Below, in pieces: positions 24,780-38,878 of a DNA stretch of 64,000 nucleotides; position 1 is the first letter of the stretch; every line of letters begins with the position of its first letter. Source of the DNA: Phoronis australis (taxonomy: Eukaryota; Animalia; Phoronida); assembly GCA_002633005.1 (NCBI GenBank), contig NMRA01000291.1, positions 62,001-126,000 on the forward strand, given 5' to 3'. The position numbers and the translations under genes were made by a program. The notes under the pieces are model-generated. The model had not been told where the DNA came from and did no database searches. It saw only the letters and a program-made list of their open reading frames with translations.

Positions 24780-27700
24780 GTGTTTGGAAGCCCTGGACGT
24801 TTTGACGATGCCTGGAGCTTCGTTTATTTATCTGTTATTTTGAATCAATGTTAATTCACATTGATGAGCAATTTTGGTAATATCACTTTTCAAAGTGGTA
24901 ATGCAAACACAGAATATTTATTGTTCACCAAATGTCGTTTGAATGTAACTGGCTCTCGTGTCACTTATATGATCTCCCCTGCCTTTTCTGTAGAGTGTTC
25001 GGAGTAAACCAAAGGAGGCAACAGTAGGTGATAGACTGTAATGACACCTGTAGCATAAATCTTGAGTTATGTGCCGTACCCAGCATGCACCTCAACTTAG
25101 GCCTTTGTTTATGATCTTGACTAAATGCCCATTAATTCTGTGACACATTCAGCTGTTGACAACTTTTGCTTTTCTTGTGCTCAATTTGAATTCACTAATC
25201 AACCCTTGATTTTTATTAAATAGCTGTAGCAACCGTTGCTAGGTGTGCCTGTGAGCAATTTGCACTATACCAGCATTAACATATTACTGTTGGTGAAGTA
25301 ACCATTACTTCTTTGATTCTTCTTGTTTTAAACTTTGACATCCTCATTTCATGCAGCGTTACTGTCAGCCCTGAAACTATCATCAAATATTTGTGCAATT
25401 ATGTTTTTCTTTTAATTTTAGTTCATGTGTCGAGGTATATTTTCCTAATTGGTCAACGTTTCTGTCAATTACTAAATTATTGCTGTTGCTTAAAAGTATT
25501 TCCAAAGTCTATTATTATTACTTTGTTGATTGTAATAGTAGACATAAGAAGCTGAGTTTCACATTAATTCTGTGTGCTTAGTTCGGTATGTTACTCTTAC
25601 ATTGAAAATGGGTAAAATTTACATTTTTAAAATAGAGATGTGAATATTTCTCATAAAACTTACTGAGAATAAAGCTCTTTTAGTTCCTGTTAACATGTGC
25701 AAGGTTGGTATATTGTGGGAGTTACCACAAAGCAGTCTCTGCAAGAGTTGTTTAAGACAGTGATCTGTGTCATCTTGGACACTGTTCAGTTATGTAACAA
25801 CTAAGGAAGTGTACTGGGTTTATGCTCATTGTCCCTTTAACTGACAAAAGGATTTTCTGGGGTTAGAATGGAGGACTTTCAAATGGCATGGTGGTGATTG
25901 ATCACATGAGACTGGATACTAATGACCTCTAGTGGACGAGGAGTCAAATTCACTTTTGTGTTAATTTTTATGGCATAAGAATGTTCTTCTACATGAGAAG
26001 AATCCTACTTTGACATCTTCACTGGTAGAGATTGGGCAACTCGATCGGTTTGCTTACATCAAAATCTGTCTCATTGATTAAGGACATTATGCTGTTGTAG
26101 TTAATTACATTGCCTCTGGCTGCTCATGTTATCGTTGTCTAGGTAATCAGACCCATAATAAATACACTGGGGGCAACAATAAGATTTTAAATTTTTTTGT
26201 TTTAAATGTTCTCATGTAGCATATTAGAATAGTTTGTAAAAAGTATGTGTTTAGGTTTTTGAATTTTTGAAAATTGGGCAACAAATATGACTTACAACCT
26301 AAAACTTTTGAATAATGTTGCCATATTATGCTCCTCAGTAAGTCTGCTGGGTTTGCAACATAATTGGGCCAGTTAACAAACCAGTAGGCAGCAGTTGGAT
26401 TCTAAGGTAAGCCAAATGTCATGGCACAGTTCTTGGCATGTATGCCACCCTCTTCAATGAATAAGCACTTGATGGTGTACAAATTCACCAGAGTCCTACA
26501 ATCAGCCACTTTCTGAAAGTTTCCTATTGATGCTAAACAGTACCAAGAAGTAATTGACCTTCTGGCATTAGTCTGTTATGAAACTTCAGCTGCCTTTGTG
26601 GGTTAGATTAGTTTATGATAATGAGCAACTGTTTTGAGCTAATGAATTATGGTCAAAATGTTTTATTCCTTCAAGTTAATTATAGAAACAGGTTCATTTA
26701 TTGTAATCTTTCAAATCAGGCAAATTTTCAGTTGTATAGTGTATGCCAGACTTGGGTTTTGTATCCATCATCAACATGGAAGACATTTTGACAACTAAAA
26801 ATAAACTTTATATTTTGAAAACCCAATGAAAATTACCAATTTGGTTTACCCTGCGTTTGTTCCCTATAGAAAGATGCTTTTTCTTAGAAGGTGACATGCT
26901 TTTATTTACCACCATGTGTGTTTATATTTCATTTGAACCTTAAGAAGGAACAGCAGACAGACATGTGTCATTTATAAATGTCAAGGGAGACCCCTATTTT
27001 CTGGAAACAGTAACTAGTGGTCGGTTAATGACTATCTATAAGCTTCATGTCATACATAGTAGCTTCTACAGGAACAAAACTTGTTTATTTTTTTAAACTT
27101 AAAAAACAAAGTTGTGGTATTCTTGCTAATGGTACAGAGTTTTAAGTCCCAGTGCCATTGGTTTTGAAGTGTATTACGATAAGAAGTGGCATATTTCATT
27201 TAGCAGGTTCCCATTTGGTGATGTTCATAACCATTCTTATAAGTTGATCATGTGGAGAGTTTGAGTATAAGCTAGCTTAACTAAAATGATCGATTTTTAC
27301 CCTGGCGCCAAGTTCCCATAAGGCAGTTAAAATTATGAATTAGGTTGTTTTTTTGATAGAAAAGGGAAGGAACACATGCCAACAAGCAGGTGAGAATCAA
27401 TTTTGATGATTTTTAATGACAATCTTCGGCAATACAATAATAATTTGTGACATTATGTTGGTTATTTTATTTGGGTTTAGTGGGTTATGATTAATATTCT
27501 GACATTTCATGGTAATAACCAAGATATTCTATCATCTGGCAAAATATTAAGTAGGCTCCATTGTACTATCTTTTAGGGGGTCTACCGGACATTTTTTATG
27601 TCTCTGCTGGTCACGCCTTGCTTAATATACATGCACGTATTGAGACCTGGCGTGCGCCTATATGTGAGCCTACACCTGTTTCTAGAATTAGGTGCATGAA

Positions 27701-29072
27701 CCAGTGTTTGAAACATTTAAAGCCGTATTTTGCCATGTTGAGCTGGCTAAAACAAATAATAATTGAATCGAGGCTTTTACTCCCATGAAATTGGCCTCAT
27801 GGTATTCCTTACCATGATAGGGTTCTATTTCTGCTACTAAGAAGAACATTGACACCATTACCGACTTAAAGGGTGAGAAATATAATATGAAAACGATTTA
27901 ATGAGAGTAAAAGGTCTTATTTGATTTTCATTTTTAGCCAGGTAAACTGGGCGAGATGCAGTTTTATGTAAAACAAAGGAGCAAATTTGTTAAAATGTGA
28001 CACATGACGGTAGATATGTATTCAATTTAACACTATGTTGTCTGCCATAATAATCGTGAACACTAAGACGAGGAGAACGTGCAAGATTGAGGCATGCACA
28101 CATACAAAGGAATAATGACATGAACCAATATGAGTGAAGCTAACGCACATGACTGTGTGCTGAAACGCTATTTTTTTTAAAGAGTATTATATCGGATATA
28201 GGTGCATGGACCTAATGCACATGTGCCGTAGTGTACAGTTTGGCTTCTCTTCTATTTAGATTCTGCAGGACTGCTGGTTTGCAGAAAATGATATCACTGG
28301 GTTTATTGTTTGCTGTTATTTTTTAATTTTCCAGATCTTGTATTTATCCCTTTAGGGTTTAGAAATAAATTAGTACAGAGCATACAATATGTGATGATTT
28401 ATGTCCAGGGCATTTGAATTGAAAAAATTACGCTCGTTATAAACCCTGTTTCAGCCAGAAGACTTTTGATTTATACTGTTTACCTGCAGAGAAAAGTCTG
28501 TTTTTGGTCACGTATTTCGAAGGGCAAGATTCTTGTGAGAACAAGATCGCACATCTCACAAAATCATGCAAGACCACGCTACACGGCTCGAGTGAAAAAT
28601 TAAGTGTTTCTCAGCTCTTACGTGCATACATTAGCAGAAAAGCTGCCATTTAGGTTATTGGTTGGAGAGGCGGGAATTATTAAGAAAGTTTATGTTTTGC
28701 ATTCCAAGCGAAGGTTTCTTGCCACAAGTGTCCCGCGCGCGAGAGTCTTGTTCACAGAGCATGTCCCTGGTCTGGTAATTACAGACTGCCTGTTCTGCTC
28801 AATCCCAAGGAACCTCTTGTTAGTAAGGAACGTAAGCCCAGACAAATTTCTTATTTGTAAGTGGCAGATGTGAGTTTTTTTGAGAGTAAGCAGGTTTTTA
28901 GCAGGTTTAAAGATCAATAGCTTGCAATCAGCTGAACGTGGATGATCATTTATGATAAAATTTTGAAAATCTTGGGAAGGATGTTAAATTTGGTATACTA
29001 GACACAAAAAATAAAAAGGAATGGCTGCTTCGTTGCAGTGTTGTACATCGTCACAGTGTCATCTTGTTTCAG

Positions 29073-29247
29073 GATCTTTCTTACAAGGATCGCCACTGGC
29101 ATGAGGGTTGCTTCAAGTGTTTCGACTGTCAGAACTCACTGGTTGACCAGCCGTTTGCCACCAAGGAGGATCGTCTTTACTGTGCTGACTGCTATGACAA
29201 GAACTTTGCACCCGTCTGTGACATGTGCAATGACCTGTTTCGTGCTG
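29073..29247 (+). CDS. FHL2: Limpet/FHL2-like LIM protein exon
   Basis: DLSYKDRHWHEGCFKCFDCQNSLVDQPFATKEDRLYCADCYDKNFAPVCDMCNDLFRA(G), phase 0-1. Confidence 0.95.
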
Positions 29248-30494
29248 GTAACTATTCCCATGTGTTTTCCAACTGGTGTTACTATTTAGACATTGTATTC
29301 TTCTGATATTAATTTTGAGAATTGAGAGGATGGAAATTTTTGTTTGTGTGAAAAAAGACCAATACTCTCAGTGTGTCTACCTGTTGGAGGAAATTATTTA
29401 GTGAATCTTGGGAAATTTTTTCCTGAAAATTGTTACTGTAACTCACCTGTTGAGTACATAATATGGAGAAAAGTCAAATTTTATTTTTAAAATTTTTCTA
29501 TGAAAATAAACTTCTGCCAAATTCTATATATATGCAGTACTTTTACACCTGTATGTAATATACACCATACGCAAATATACACTAAATTGTAAATGTAAGT
29601 TTACATCTCGGTCGTATGGGGAATAGAAAAGCAATACTTCTGCTCAGTACTCTATACAGTTCGCAACAAAGTCGACACAAGCATTGTATGGTAATAAAGA
29701 GAAGATTCTTCAGAACAGCTGCCTTGAATATGGGTTAGCTCTGAGGCTCGGCTATCTTTTCCTTTGGGACTGCTCGCAAACGGCAAGTTTTGTTGTGAAA
29801 GATTGACTATAGGCAAATCCTACTTAATAATGAAATTTTCAAAGATGAAGGGTGGTTTGAAAATTGTCAAATGGCAGATTTCCTTCTATAGGCTTACCTA
29901 TTTTGCGAGGTGTTCCTCGAACATATTAGAAATGAATAAGACAATCCACCATTCCACCTGTCACGCTAGAGACAAGTCCTAATGAATGGTATTTGGTAAC
30001 TGCAGAGTTGGTAACCTGGTGGAGTTATGAAAGCAAGTGTTTTCCTGTTCTCAGTACATATTTAAGTGAAATTAGCACAGTCACAGTTTGATAAGTCATG
30101 CTGCACAAAATTTCAACAAGGTCATCACTTGAATGATGATGAATTTGATATTTCCTAATTGTGGCAGTCTTAGTGTTGCTTTCAGTGGAAGTTGCATATC
30201 AGTGATTGCATCCAAAATATTGTTCACGGTTCCAGTATTCGATTATTTTTTGGTTTGTGATTACTAATACTGGTTATATCATCAGTGATGTAAACACAGC
30301 TGGATTGGCCGCATCACGTTCATGGCATGCTGGCTTTTGAAAATTCAGCGTTCAAAGTGAACTAAAAACCTTTTCAAAATGAACCGAAAAGTTGATTTGT
30401 CCTGATCAAGTTATAAGTATGCCTATTGTAGCTCTTATAGGGATATTGCATATCCAGTGAAACGGTGATATTCAAAAGCTGTGAAAGTCTCACC

Positions 30495-30570
30495 CAGCAA
30501 CAGCAGCAGCAGCGTCAGCAGCAGCAGCAGCAGCATAAGCAGCGCCATCAGCAACAGCAGCAGCCGCAGC
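30495..30570. repeat. Imperfect (CAG)n microsatellite, intronic
   Basis: Run of CAG/CAA triplets. Confidence 0.9.
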
Positions 30571-32058
30571 ACTGACCAACATTTTAATAAAAGACCATGC
30601 CAAACCACTTGTACCAGAGGATCTTTTTACATTTAAAGGGAAGTGTTGTTGGTTTTAGAAGAAATGAGATCAAAGAACATTTGTAATAGCACGTAATCTT
30701 GCTTTTACGCCCGTGCGCCAGGTATATACCGTATTTGCATGTGTGTAAATTTGCATTTACTCGCTGTCTGGAGGTGGTGTAATTATACACCCAAGTGTAG
30801 CTTTACACCCGGGTATATTCTCATTTATATATCAAAAATTCACCCCGTACATAAATATGCACTCGTGTGTAAATATGCTCTTGGATGTAAACACCATCAT
30901 GTGAATGGCGAGGCGACAAATTGCAACAACAGTTGGTATTTGCAAGCAGCCTTCAAAAGTAGAACAAAATGTCAATTTTCCGAATTATTTTAGTTGTGAA
31001 ATGAATAAAGAATTACATTCAGGCACAGTCTCCACCTTTCAGGTCAAAACCTTCAGCATGTTACATGTTGTAAAAAATGGAGTTTCGCTGATCTGCTGGT
31101 ATGATTGGTCAGGTGATTGACTTGATTGACAGCTTTTTTATAGTTAGAGAAAAGTGTGGGAAGAAAACTGGTAGTGATAGAACCCCAATAGTGGATGGGG
31201 AAACACCAGTTGTATAGTTATGGGGAAGTGAATGTTTGTAAATTCAATTTGACCGTGTCATTGTAAGTGAACGTGATCTTCTATGTGATGCAAATTATTT
31301 TGCGTATAGATTTTATTGGATGAAAATGAAGCATTTGGTCTGGGAATGCAAATGATTTTAATTAATTCCTTTCAAGTTCATGAAGTGAAACATTCATGAC
31401 ATGAAAATCAAAAAAGGGATAGAAAATTGTGTAAAATTCTAAGAAAAAAATCTCATTGTTAGAGTCATATTGCAAGTTCATGTATGTGGTTATGTTTTGG
31501 AAATAATTATTAGCATTATCCATATTACTAACATCTGATCTCCCGTGCCTTTAGGGATTTTTCTAGATGATAGCGGGTTTTCTGAATTACTGATATCAAT
31601 CTGCCTTATATGTTGTTAAGTGTTCCCCTGCAGTCTTTTGTCAAGCATCACTGACCCGATCAACAGTTATTTACCAAGTTTCACGGAGTTAATATCTAAG
31701 TCATGATGGCTCATGCAGCAATCGCTCTGCAACAGAAATGGAACTTAGAGCAGTGCGCTTGGCTAACGTGGGATGTTGTCTGCAGCAGTTCTTATTGACA
31801 AAGTTCATGATTCGTGGAACTGGCCCATTTCTAATTTCTTATCTTCTGACTGGCCGGGGAAAATAACGTGTAATGAAATGAAAATTGTTTACACGAAAAC
31901 ACATGAAAAATGAAAATGCGATGTGATTCAATGTTGTCTTTCAATACAGATGGTAATATTTATAACTGAATAGAGATCTAGATAATGGATAATGTTTGCT
32001 ATACACAAACACCAGTAATAGCAATGTTGAATGCACTGTAATGATGTATATTTTACAG

Positions 32059-32228
32059 GTATGAAGAAGTTTGAGTACAAGGGCCGTCAGTACCATGAGC
32101 ACTGTTTCACCTGCTTGGTGTGTAAGAAGCCTATTGGTAACCAGAAGTTCATCCCACGGGACTCCGACGTTGTCTGCGTACCCTGCTTTGAGGATCAGTT
32201 TGCGCAGAAATGCAAGAAGTGCTCCGGG
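32059..32228 (+). CDS. FHL2: Limpet/FHL2-like LIM protein exon
   Basis: (G)MKKFEYKGRQYHEHCFTCLVCKKPIGNQKFIPRDSDVVCVPCFEDQFAQKCKKCSG, phase 1-0, donor GTGAGT. Confidence 0.95.
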
Positions 32229-35200
32229 GTGAGTGTCGCATTGATTTATTAAATTTACTAGTGATAAAAGGGTCTCACTTTCTCTCCAAAGCTATAGATT
32301 TGTCCTTAAGTTTCAGGAAAATATTCCTACTGTCTGAAATTATGATTTTGACAGCAAACAGTTAGAATTATCTATTAAATTAGGAACAGTCTCTAGTGTT
32401 TGGGACATTGATATTCCACCAGAAGTTGAATTTTCTTAATTCTTAAGATTGGGACGTGGACGATTTCAGCAGTCATCGTATTTCTCAAATGTCGGACACA
32501 CCATTTTTATCAACAGAATCTGAAACTAGACTTGGCAGTTAGTCCTTGTAAATAGCAGATAACGCAACGTTTTCATGTGTCCCCATAACTTGTAATATTG
32601 AAATGAGGATGGATTGTTTTCCTGACTTATGTTTTTGTTGAACTGAAGCCAGTGGTTGTGAAAAAAGGCACGTTCATGCCATGAATCATACGCTTACACA
32701 AAAGTCACGCATTTCTAAAGATATGCGTGACTTTTCACCCTCGTCCTTCTGAGCTGCGCTTTTACTGGGGTCAAAGAGAGCGCGGTGCCAGAGGCGGACT
32801 CAGTTGTGATGACCACATTGTCTGGTGCGAGCAAGACCCAATTAAGTGTAATTACCCGACCATAAACTGTAGTAAACACCTCTGCCTGCACATACTGGCG
32901 AATTTTCAAAATGCATATTTAACCAACAGTTTTTGTTAAAAACAAATACCACAGCTGTATTCAGATGAAAAAAAGAACCAAGTTTGGTTTTCGATTTTTA
33001 AAAATCTATGAACCATAAGCTAAAAACTACAAACATTGGGTACGATTGAAGATAAACGACTGTGTGTATTGATATACTCGGTGATTTACAAACACTGATC
33101 AGAGTTAACAATATCAAGTGGATTATTCTTTTAATATACAATTAAGCTACATTGAAACATCTATAAACAACACACAGTGACTAAAGTAGATGTTAATTAC
33201 TTTTAAAACATCGCTTATGGCCCAATGCATGCTGAACTACTTACTCCAGGAGAAGTACACTTAAACCGAAAAACTGCTATTCTCGGAAATGCGCCAATTT
33301 CGATAGTTAGCTTGTAGTTGTAATGGAACACCTGTGAAGACGTGTAGTTTTGTTTGCTGTGACATGTTTGGTGTAGCTGTAATCTGGAAAGTTCAGGGAT
33401 AGGTTCACAATTAACTGACTCCTAAGTTGTTTTGATACTTCGTTTAAACACAAAATAAAAAGATAGCAACCCTAACCGGTAAGAAAAAACAAGTAGACAG
33501 GAGTATTAAAATAAAGTAACGAAAACAGGAATGAAAAATATTTAAAACCAACGTTCCTTTGGGAAGTGGCCCTTTGTCAAGATTAATGCAAATTAACTTT
33601 TTAGTCTTTTTGTAATATTTAAAATGTACCAAGTTAAAACTTCTCTCTATATTGCAGGCTTTAACTCTGTGCAAATGCCAGAGAAAAACAATTTGGGTTT
33701 AATAACGACTACCATTGTTAAGAAAGTTACAAAGTGTTAGCTATTGCCTTGCCACTTCATGAGCTCAGGTCTACATCGATACAAAGGGCATGCTGAGGCA
33801 TAATGTGAAAGTTGACTGGGGCTTAGGGAATCAGAGTGGTGACCAGTGTAAGCTGTAAGCCAGAAATTCGTCACCGTTCTTTTCAATGTGAACCCAGCAA
33901 AGTGGTGCTATTCCCATAAGGGATTTGTAGGGACACTGTTTCGAGTTCAAAGTATTTGTCACAAGGACAATTGCCAACATGAAAGTTGAATCAGCGATCC
34001 CTAACTGGCACGTGTTCATTAACGTTCAACAAGTGGTACAATTTAAAACTGTCTCATTGACCTTGGCATTCACAGATGTGATCAATGTTTCAGCTGTGCC
34101 GTGAATCAAGTTGCCCAACTGTCACCTGGGTTTAGGGTCAAGTACCTCTTCTAAGTCTGATAGTGGAGTTGTAGAGAGTGCAGTGGCAGTGATAAAGGTG
34201 TTACATTGGCCTAAATTAGTGGCATGGTAAACTGTAGGGCAATAAACCTGGTTTTAACCAAATATTTATTTGATGATTATGTAGCCTTAATTCAACAATG
34301 CACATGTGGGGGATTCTCACCAGGCAAGAAGTTAGAGGCTTTAGGGCAATTTTATTGATGCAGATTTGAAATCACTTTGTGCAGCCTGCCTGCAGACAGA
34401 ATTGCAGCTAGAGTAAACTTCATCTGAGTAAATTAGTTAGCACTGAGGAGAGCGTTATCTTCTCAGAATCTTCACGTATATATTGAGCTAGTTGCCCTGT
34501 TCTCAACTTCCCGTATACATCCTCTCATAGATCTGTAATCCAGGACAAAACCACTGCTACCCCTTTGGGCGGAGTTACTAGTTAGCCATAAATGGTCTAA
34601 TGGTGCACTAGTGGCCATCTATTCAGTCAATCTTTTGCTGTGTTCTGGTCATTAAAGGGGATTAATAGAGTTAATAGTTCGGGACAACAGATAAATCACA
34701 AAATTGAGACGAATAAAGAATCAAACAACTAGTACGAATGGAAGTACTTTATTCTCTAACTGATAGGTGTCACTCTATAACAATAGAGGTTGTCAGGACT
34801 ACCCTGATGAATGCATGAGTGCAGAAAAGTGTTGTTCTTGAAATGAGGTCAGCACTTATTGTTAAGTTAATGATGTTTGTCAGTGTGTACACCATGCCAA
34901 GAATTGTAGCCGAGATGACACTTCCTCAATTTCCAAGTGTTGTTTTATGATTCTTGGTAATTGACCCATTATGTTGTGTGCCTAGCAGAATTAATGAAGC
35001 AGAATAGTGGCTGCAGCCACACGTGGACTTCTTTCTAGTTTTAGGGGATAAAAGTCACATTTCTTGTCCAATTTTCAAAATTCAAAAATCTAACCACATA
35101 ATACTTTTTACAAACTATTCAAATATCCTATGTAAAAACATTCAATATTATAGTTTTAAAATAGTATTGTCGCCCCCAGTGTTTACTACCCTGTTTATGA

Positions 35201-35397
35201 TGGGCAATTACACGCGCCTCATTACCCAAGTTAACCTCCAGAGAATGATCTTTGAAGATAGCAGCAGATTTTAAGGTTAGTAAACTGAACTGGTGAGTTG
35301 CCCATTCTCGACTGGTGAGCGTGTCATTGTAGGATTCTTTTCAGTCGACATCTGAGTCTGGTTGATCATTGTTTTATCTGAGTCTGTATATTGCTAG

Positions 35398-35584
35398 GTA
35401 ATCAATAAGGGTGGTGTGACCTACAAGGGCGACTCGTTCCACCGTGACTGCTTCACCTGCACTAACTGTAACAAGGAACTGCACGGACAAAAGTTCACGT
35501 CTAAGGAGGACCAACCCTACTGCGCTGACTGCTTCGGACAGCTGTTTGCTAAGAAGTGTTGCCGCTGTTCCGAACCCATTTCTG
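35398..35584 (+). CDS. FHL2: Limpet/FHL2-like LIM protein exon
   Basis: VINKGGVTYKGDSFHRDCFTCTNCNKELHGQKFTSKEDQPYCADCFGQLFAKKCCRCSEPIS(G), phase 0-1. Confidence 0.95.
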
Positions 35585-36298
35585 GTAACAAACAAGCTTT
35601 CCTAATTGGCCTCACTGACATCCAATGTTTTTAATTACTTTGTTCCCAGACATGTTGAGAAAGCAAAACATAGTGATGAGACCTTAGGTGGGCAAGCTGG
35701 GTTGAGATTTTTTTATTTCGCTTTATTTGATCAGTATTTTGGTTTCCATATATTGGCTTCCATTTCACTTTTGTTTCAACAGTAGTCAACCATTTGGGAA
35801 AAAACTAATGCCAAAGACAAGTGCCAATACACATTTCATTTTCTTCTGATATTGTTTCACTGAAAGAGTCAAGACAAAGAGTTACTATGGATTTACCTGA
35901 GAACCGAAACCTAATGTACAATTTTTGCTAATTTTCTTGTATTTCTTCTTGTACAAATGACCTTCACCTAACTTTTCATGAGGAATTCAGTTTCAGAACC
36001 CAAACAGTTTGAAAAATCCCTAAATTTAGTCTACATTATTTTAGCCTGTGTTTTATTGATGTAAAATCATTGCTAATGCACTGTTTTTGATAAACAAGCT
36101 TCTTGACAACAGTGGTTCGGGTACAGATCTATAAAGGTTCTACGACACAGGACGAGTTTCTAATGCGCTGAGTTTTGCTACATTCTATTGATAAAATATT
36201 TCTATTGCATGTCACTGCATGCTTGGCAGAGGCATTGGCGTGAAGCAGAGGAATTATTGGACTTTCGTTTGATATCCATTTTTCTCACACCTGTGCAG

Positions 36299-36450
36299 GT
36301 ATTAGTGGGGGAACCAAGTACATCTCGTTCGAGGACCGCCACTGGCACAGTCAGTGCTTTGTATGCTACAAGTGTAACGAGTCCATGGTGGGCCGAGGAT
36401 TCCTCACAAACGGCGCCGAAATCCTGTGTCCCGACTGCGGCAAGAATTAA
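36299..36450 (+). CDS. FHL2: Limpet/FHL2-like LIM protein, last coding exon
   Basis: (G)ISGGTKYISFEDRHWHSQCFVCYKCNESMVGRGFLTNGAEILCPDCGKN*, with TAA at 36448-36450. Confidence 0.95.
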
Positions 36451-38448
36451 AGCAGTAGGTGGCCGAATAACACTGCAGCTGGCCGTTTTCGTTCTTTTAG
36501 TGAGATCTAGTCAAGACACAGGTTTCTCAGCTTTCGTTCTTCCAGGTTATTAGGAGACTGGGACATTAGGATATAGTAGGCTGTTAAACACTGTTAAGGA
36601 TATTATAGGATGGAGGTTGTGCTGTCACATGAATGGTGTACATTATTGTAGAGAATTCAATGAAACATTATAGAGGCATTATTGTGATATGATTGTAAAG
36701 GCGTGCTATTTTATGCTTTCAAAGAAATTGCATTACTGTATTTGGCATTTATGTTATTCACCGGACATGAAGATGTGTAGATGAAAGATGCAGCGAAGTG
36801 CTAGTAACTATAGACGTATAATTATATTTAGTGCTCAGACGCTTACTCTATCCTCTTGACAATGCCGTAGATTCTTGCTACAAAATCTTGCCTGTCTTAT
36901 TTTTTAAATTTTAAAGCTTTTACACTTTTTGTTTTATTGCCAGTCAATTGGAAAATAATCGGGAGTACATTTTCTTTTTTTTTGTTTTTAGTACGTATTA
37001 TGTGTTATTCAGTGCTGCTTAGTGTCAATGTGCCTATGTAGAAGTGTTAATCAAAGCACAGATCTTGATGCAAGCGGTTCTCAATGAAAAAGTCACGGTT
37101 GACAGGTATCATTTGAATGTGTCTGGATAGATGCTTTCAATGTGTGCGTCACATTGAAGGTGCATTTAAGTTGGACACCTGTAATTTGAGACAAATGGAA
37201 TGACTGTTACCAGCCTAAACTGGGAAGATTTATTGGCCTTGTCATTCTGCTGCCAGAGCTGGTGTGAATCCCAAAGGGATGTACTTTACTCAGAGAAAGT
37301 GGCAGATATGCAAACTAGGGTAATATGTGTATACTTAACTTGTTTATCGAAATGGTGTTTTCTGCTGACTGGCCTGCCATAAAACTAATTATATAACCTA
37401 GCTGTTTTGATGGAAGAGGGAGAATTTTTTACTACAAAATCAAGGGGCGTTTTTGACATTTTTTAATTTATGGTGGAAAATGCAAGCAAAACCATACGTC
37501 ACACTTGTGACTTGATTTTGAGCATTTTAGCTCGATCACGTGTATTGAAAGTTGCGTCGGAGCGCAGAAACCAATGAGGTACTGTCCGATAGATTGTGCA
37601 CAGTTTAACAATAGTTTATGACTTTCTGATGCCAAGCGTGGTATGTACCATGGATAATAAGGTGCCTGTATCTTGTCATGACAATTGCCAACATTATACG
37701 TGCAATCTAATGCAGGTTGCAATTGCTTCATGAGCCAGGGGGCCTGGACATCTGGGAAGTGATGTTCATTGGAATTTTTTCAATCAGGGTGTTGTCTAGA
37801 AAATCAAAACCGCTAGTGATCTCTGGGAGAAGAAACCTGGAATATGTTGTGTGAAAGGAATCAAAAACCTTCAGTGTGATCTTGATTTCTATGCTTCATA
37901 TATTTGTCAAAGTGGAATCGAGGTGTTCAGAGGTTTATCCGAGTTATTTTTCTGTGGTTTGCTTATGATAGTACTAATAACAACACTGCTATAGAACAGT
38001 TGTACACAACACAATGGTCAGACATTAAAATGCATATCATGGCTGCTTTTCCAGTGTGACAAACGGCTATTGTTGACATTTGGCCTATAAAAGGTCTTCA
38101 GGGGATTGTATGAAGTTGGGTGCAATCCACATGCTTGTTATCCTCACTGTTGAGTGGAAAATTACCCAGAAGGGGTCTCCCATAGGAGGGTTTGATAGCA
38201 ACGCGTTGCCATTTCAATCGAGTATTAATACTAGTAGGTATAGTGTTGCGTGGGTCATTTAGTTTTCACTGTGTCCTAACAGTTTCATTTGGCAGTTCTA
38301 CTTAGGGGTAAAATATAAGTCTCAAATGGGCAAGTGGTGGTAATTGGCGTGAAGTCTCACTATAGGCGTGAAGTCTCAATATAAACGTTCTCTTACACTG
38401 TGTGCAGAGGCCCTTTATCTGTTGGTGTTGGAATCCACTCAAACTCTA

Positions 38449-38878
38449 AATAAAGTGCTGTACGAGACATTGTTCAATTTGTAAACTAACAAGTTTGAGG
38501 TTGAGTTGTACTGACATGTGCTTCGTTACGATACACTTCAAGCAGTAAATCTGTTTTTTGCAACCAAGCTTGGTTATAATAAACGTGTCAGAGGTTATTT
38601 TTGTAGTCAGTCAGTGGTTTTTAAAATTGCATTAGGGCTTTTCTTGGCCCAATATGTGTTTGTAATTGGAATCTCTTGTTAATGCAATATTGTTCATGTT
38701 TATTGTGTAGGGAATGGAATGAGCGAGTGGACAAGTATGTGCTTATGGTTGATGCCATTAGCATTAAACATTTATGTAGCTTTGACGAAGGTATTTATTA
38801 TGCTTTAATTGCAAAATTTCTGATGTCACCTGCTTATCAACAATAAAGTCTGTAAATTAGATGAAGGTTAAAAATAAA
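38449..38878 (+). terminator. Cluster of candidate polyadenylation signals for the LIM gene
   Basis: AATAAA at 38449, 38578, 38842 and 38873, ~2-2.4 kb past the stop codon. Confidence 0.35.

Noticed and set aside
30495-30570. CAG run as a polyglutamine exon
   Set aside because: It has no convincing splice sites, contains a TAA, and the flanking LIM exons join in phase without it.
36188-36553. 121-aa ORF and most other short ORFs in the supplied track
   Set aside because: They are alternative frames of real exons, antisense shadows, or chance ORFs in AT-rich or transposon DNA, often with non-ATG starts.
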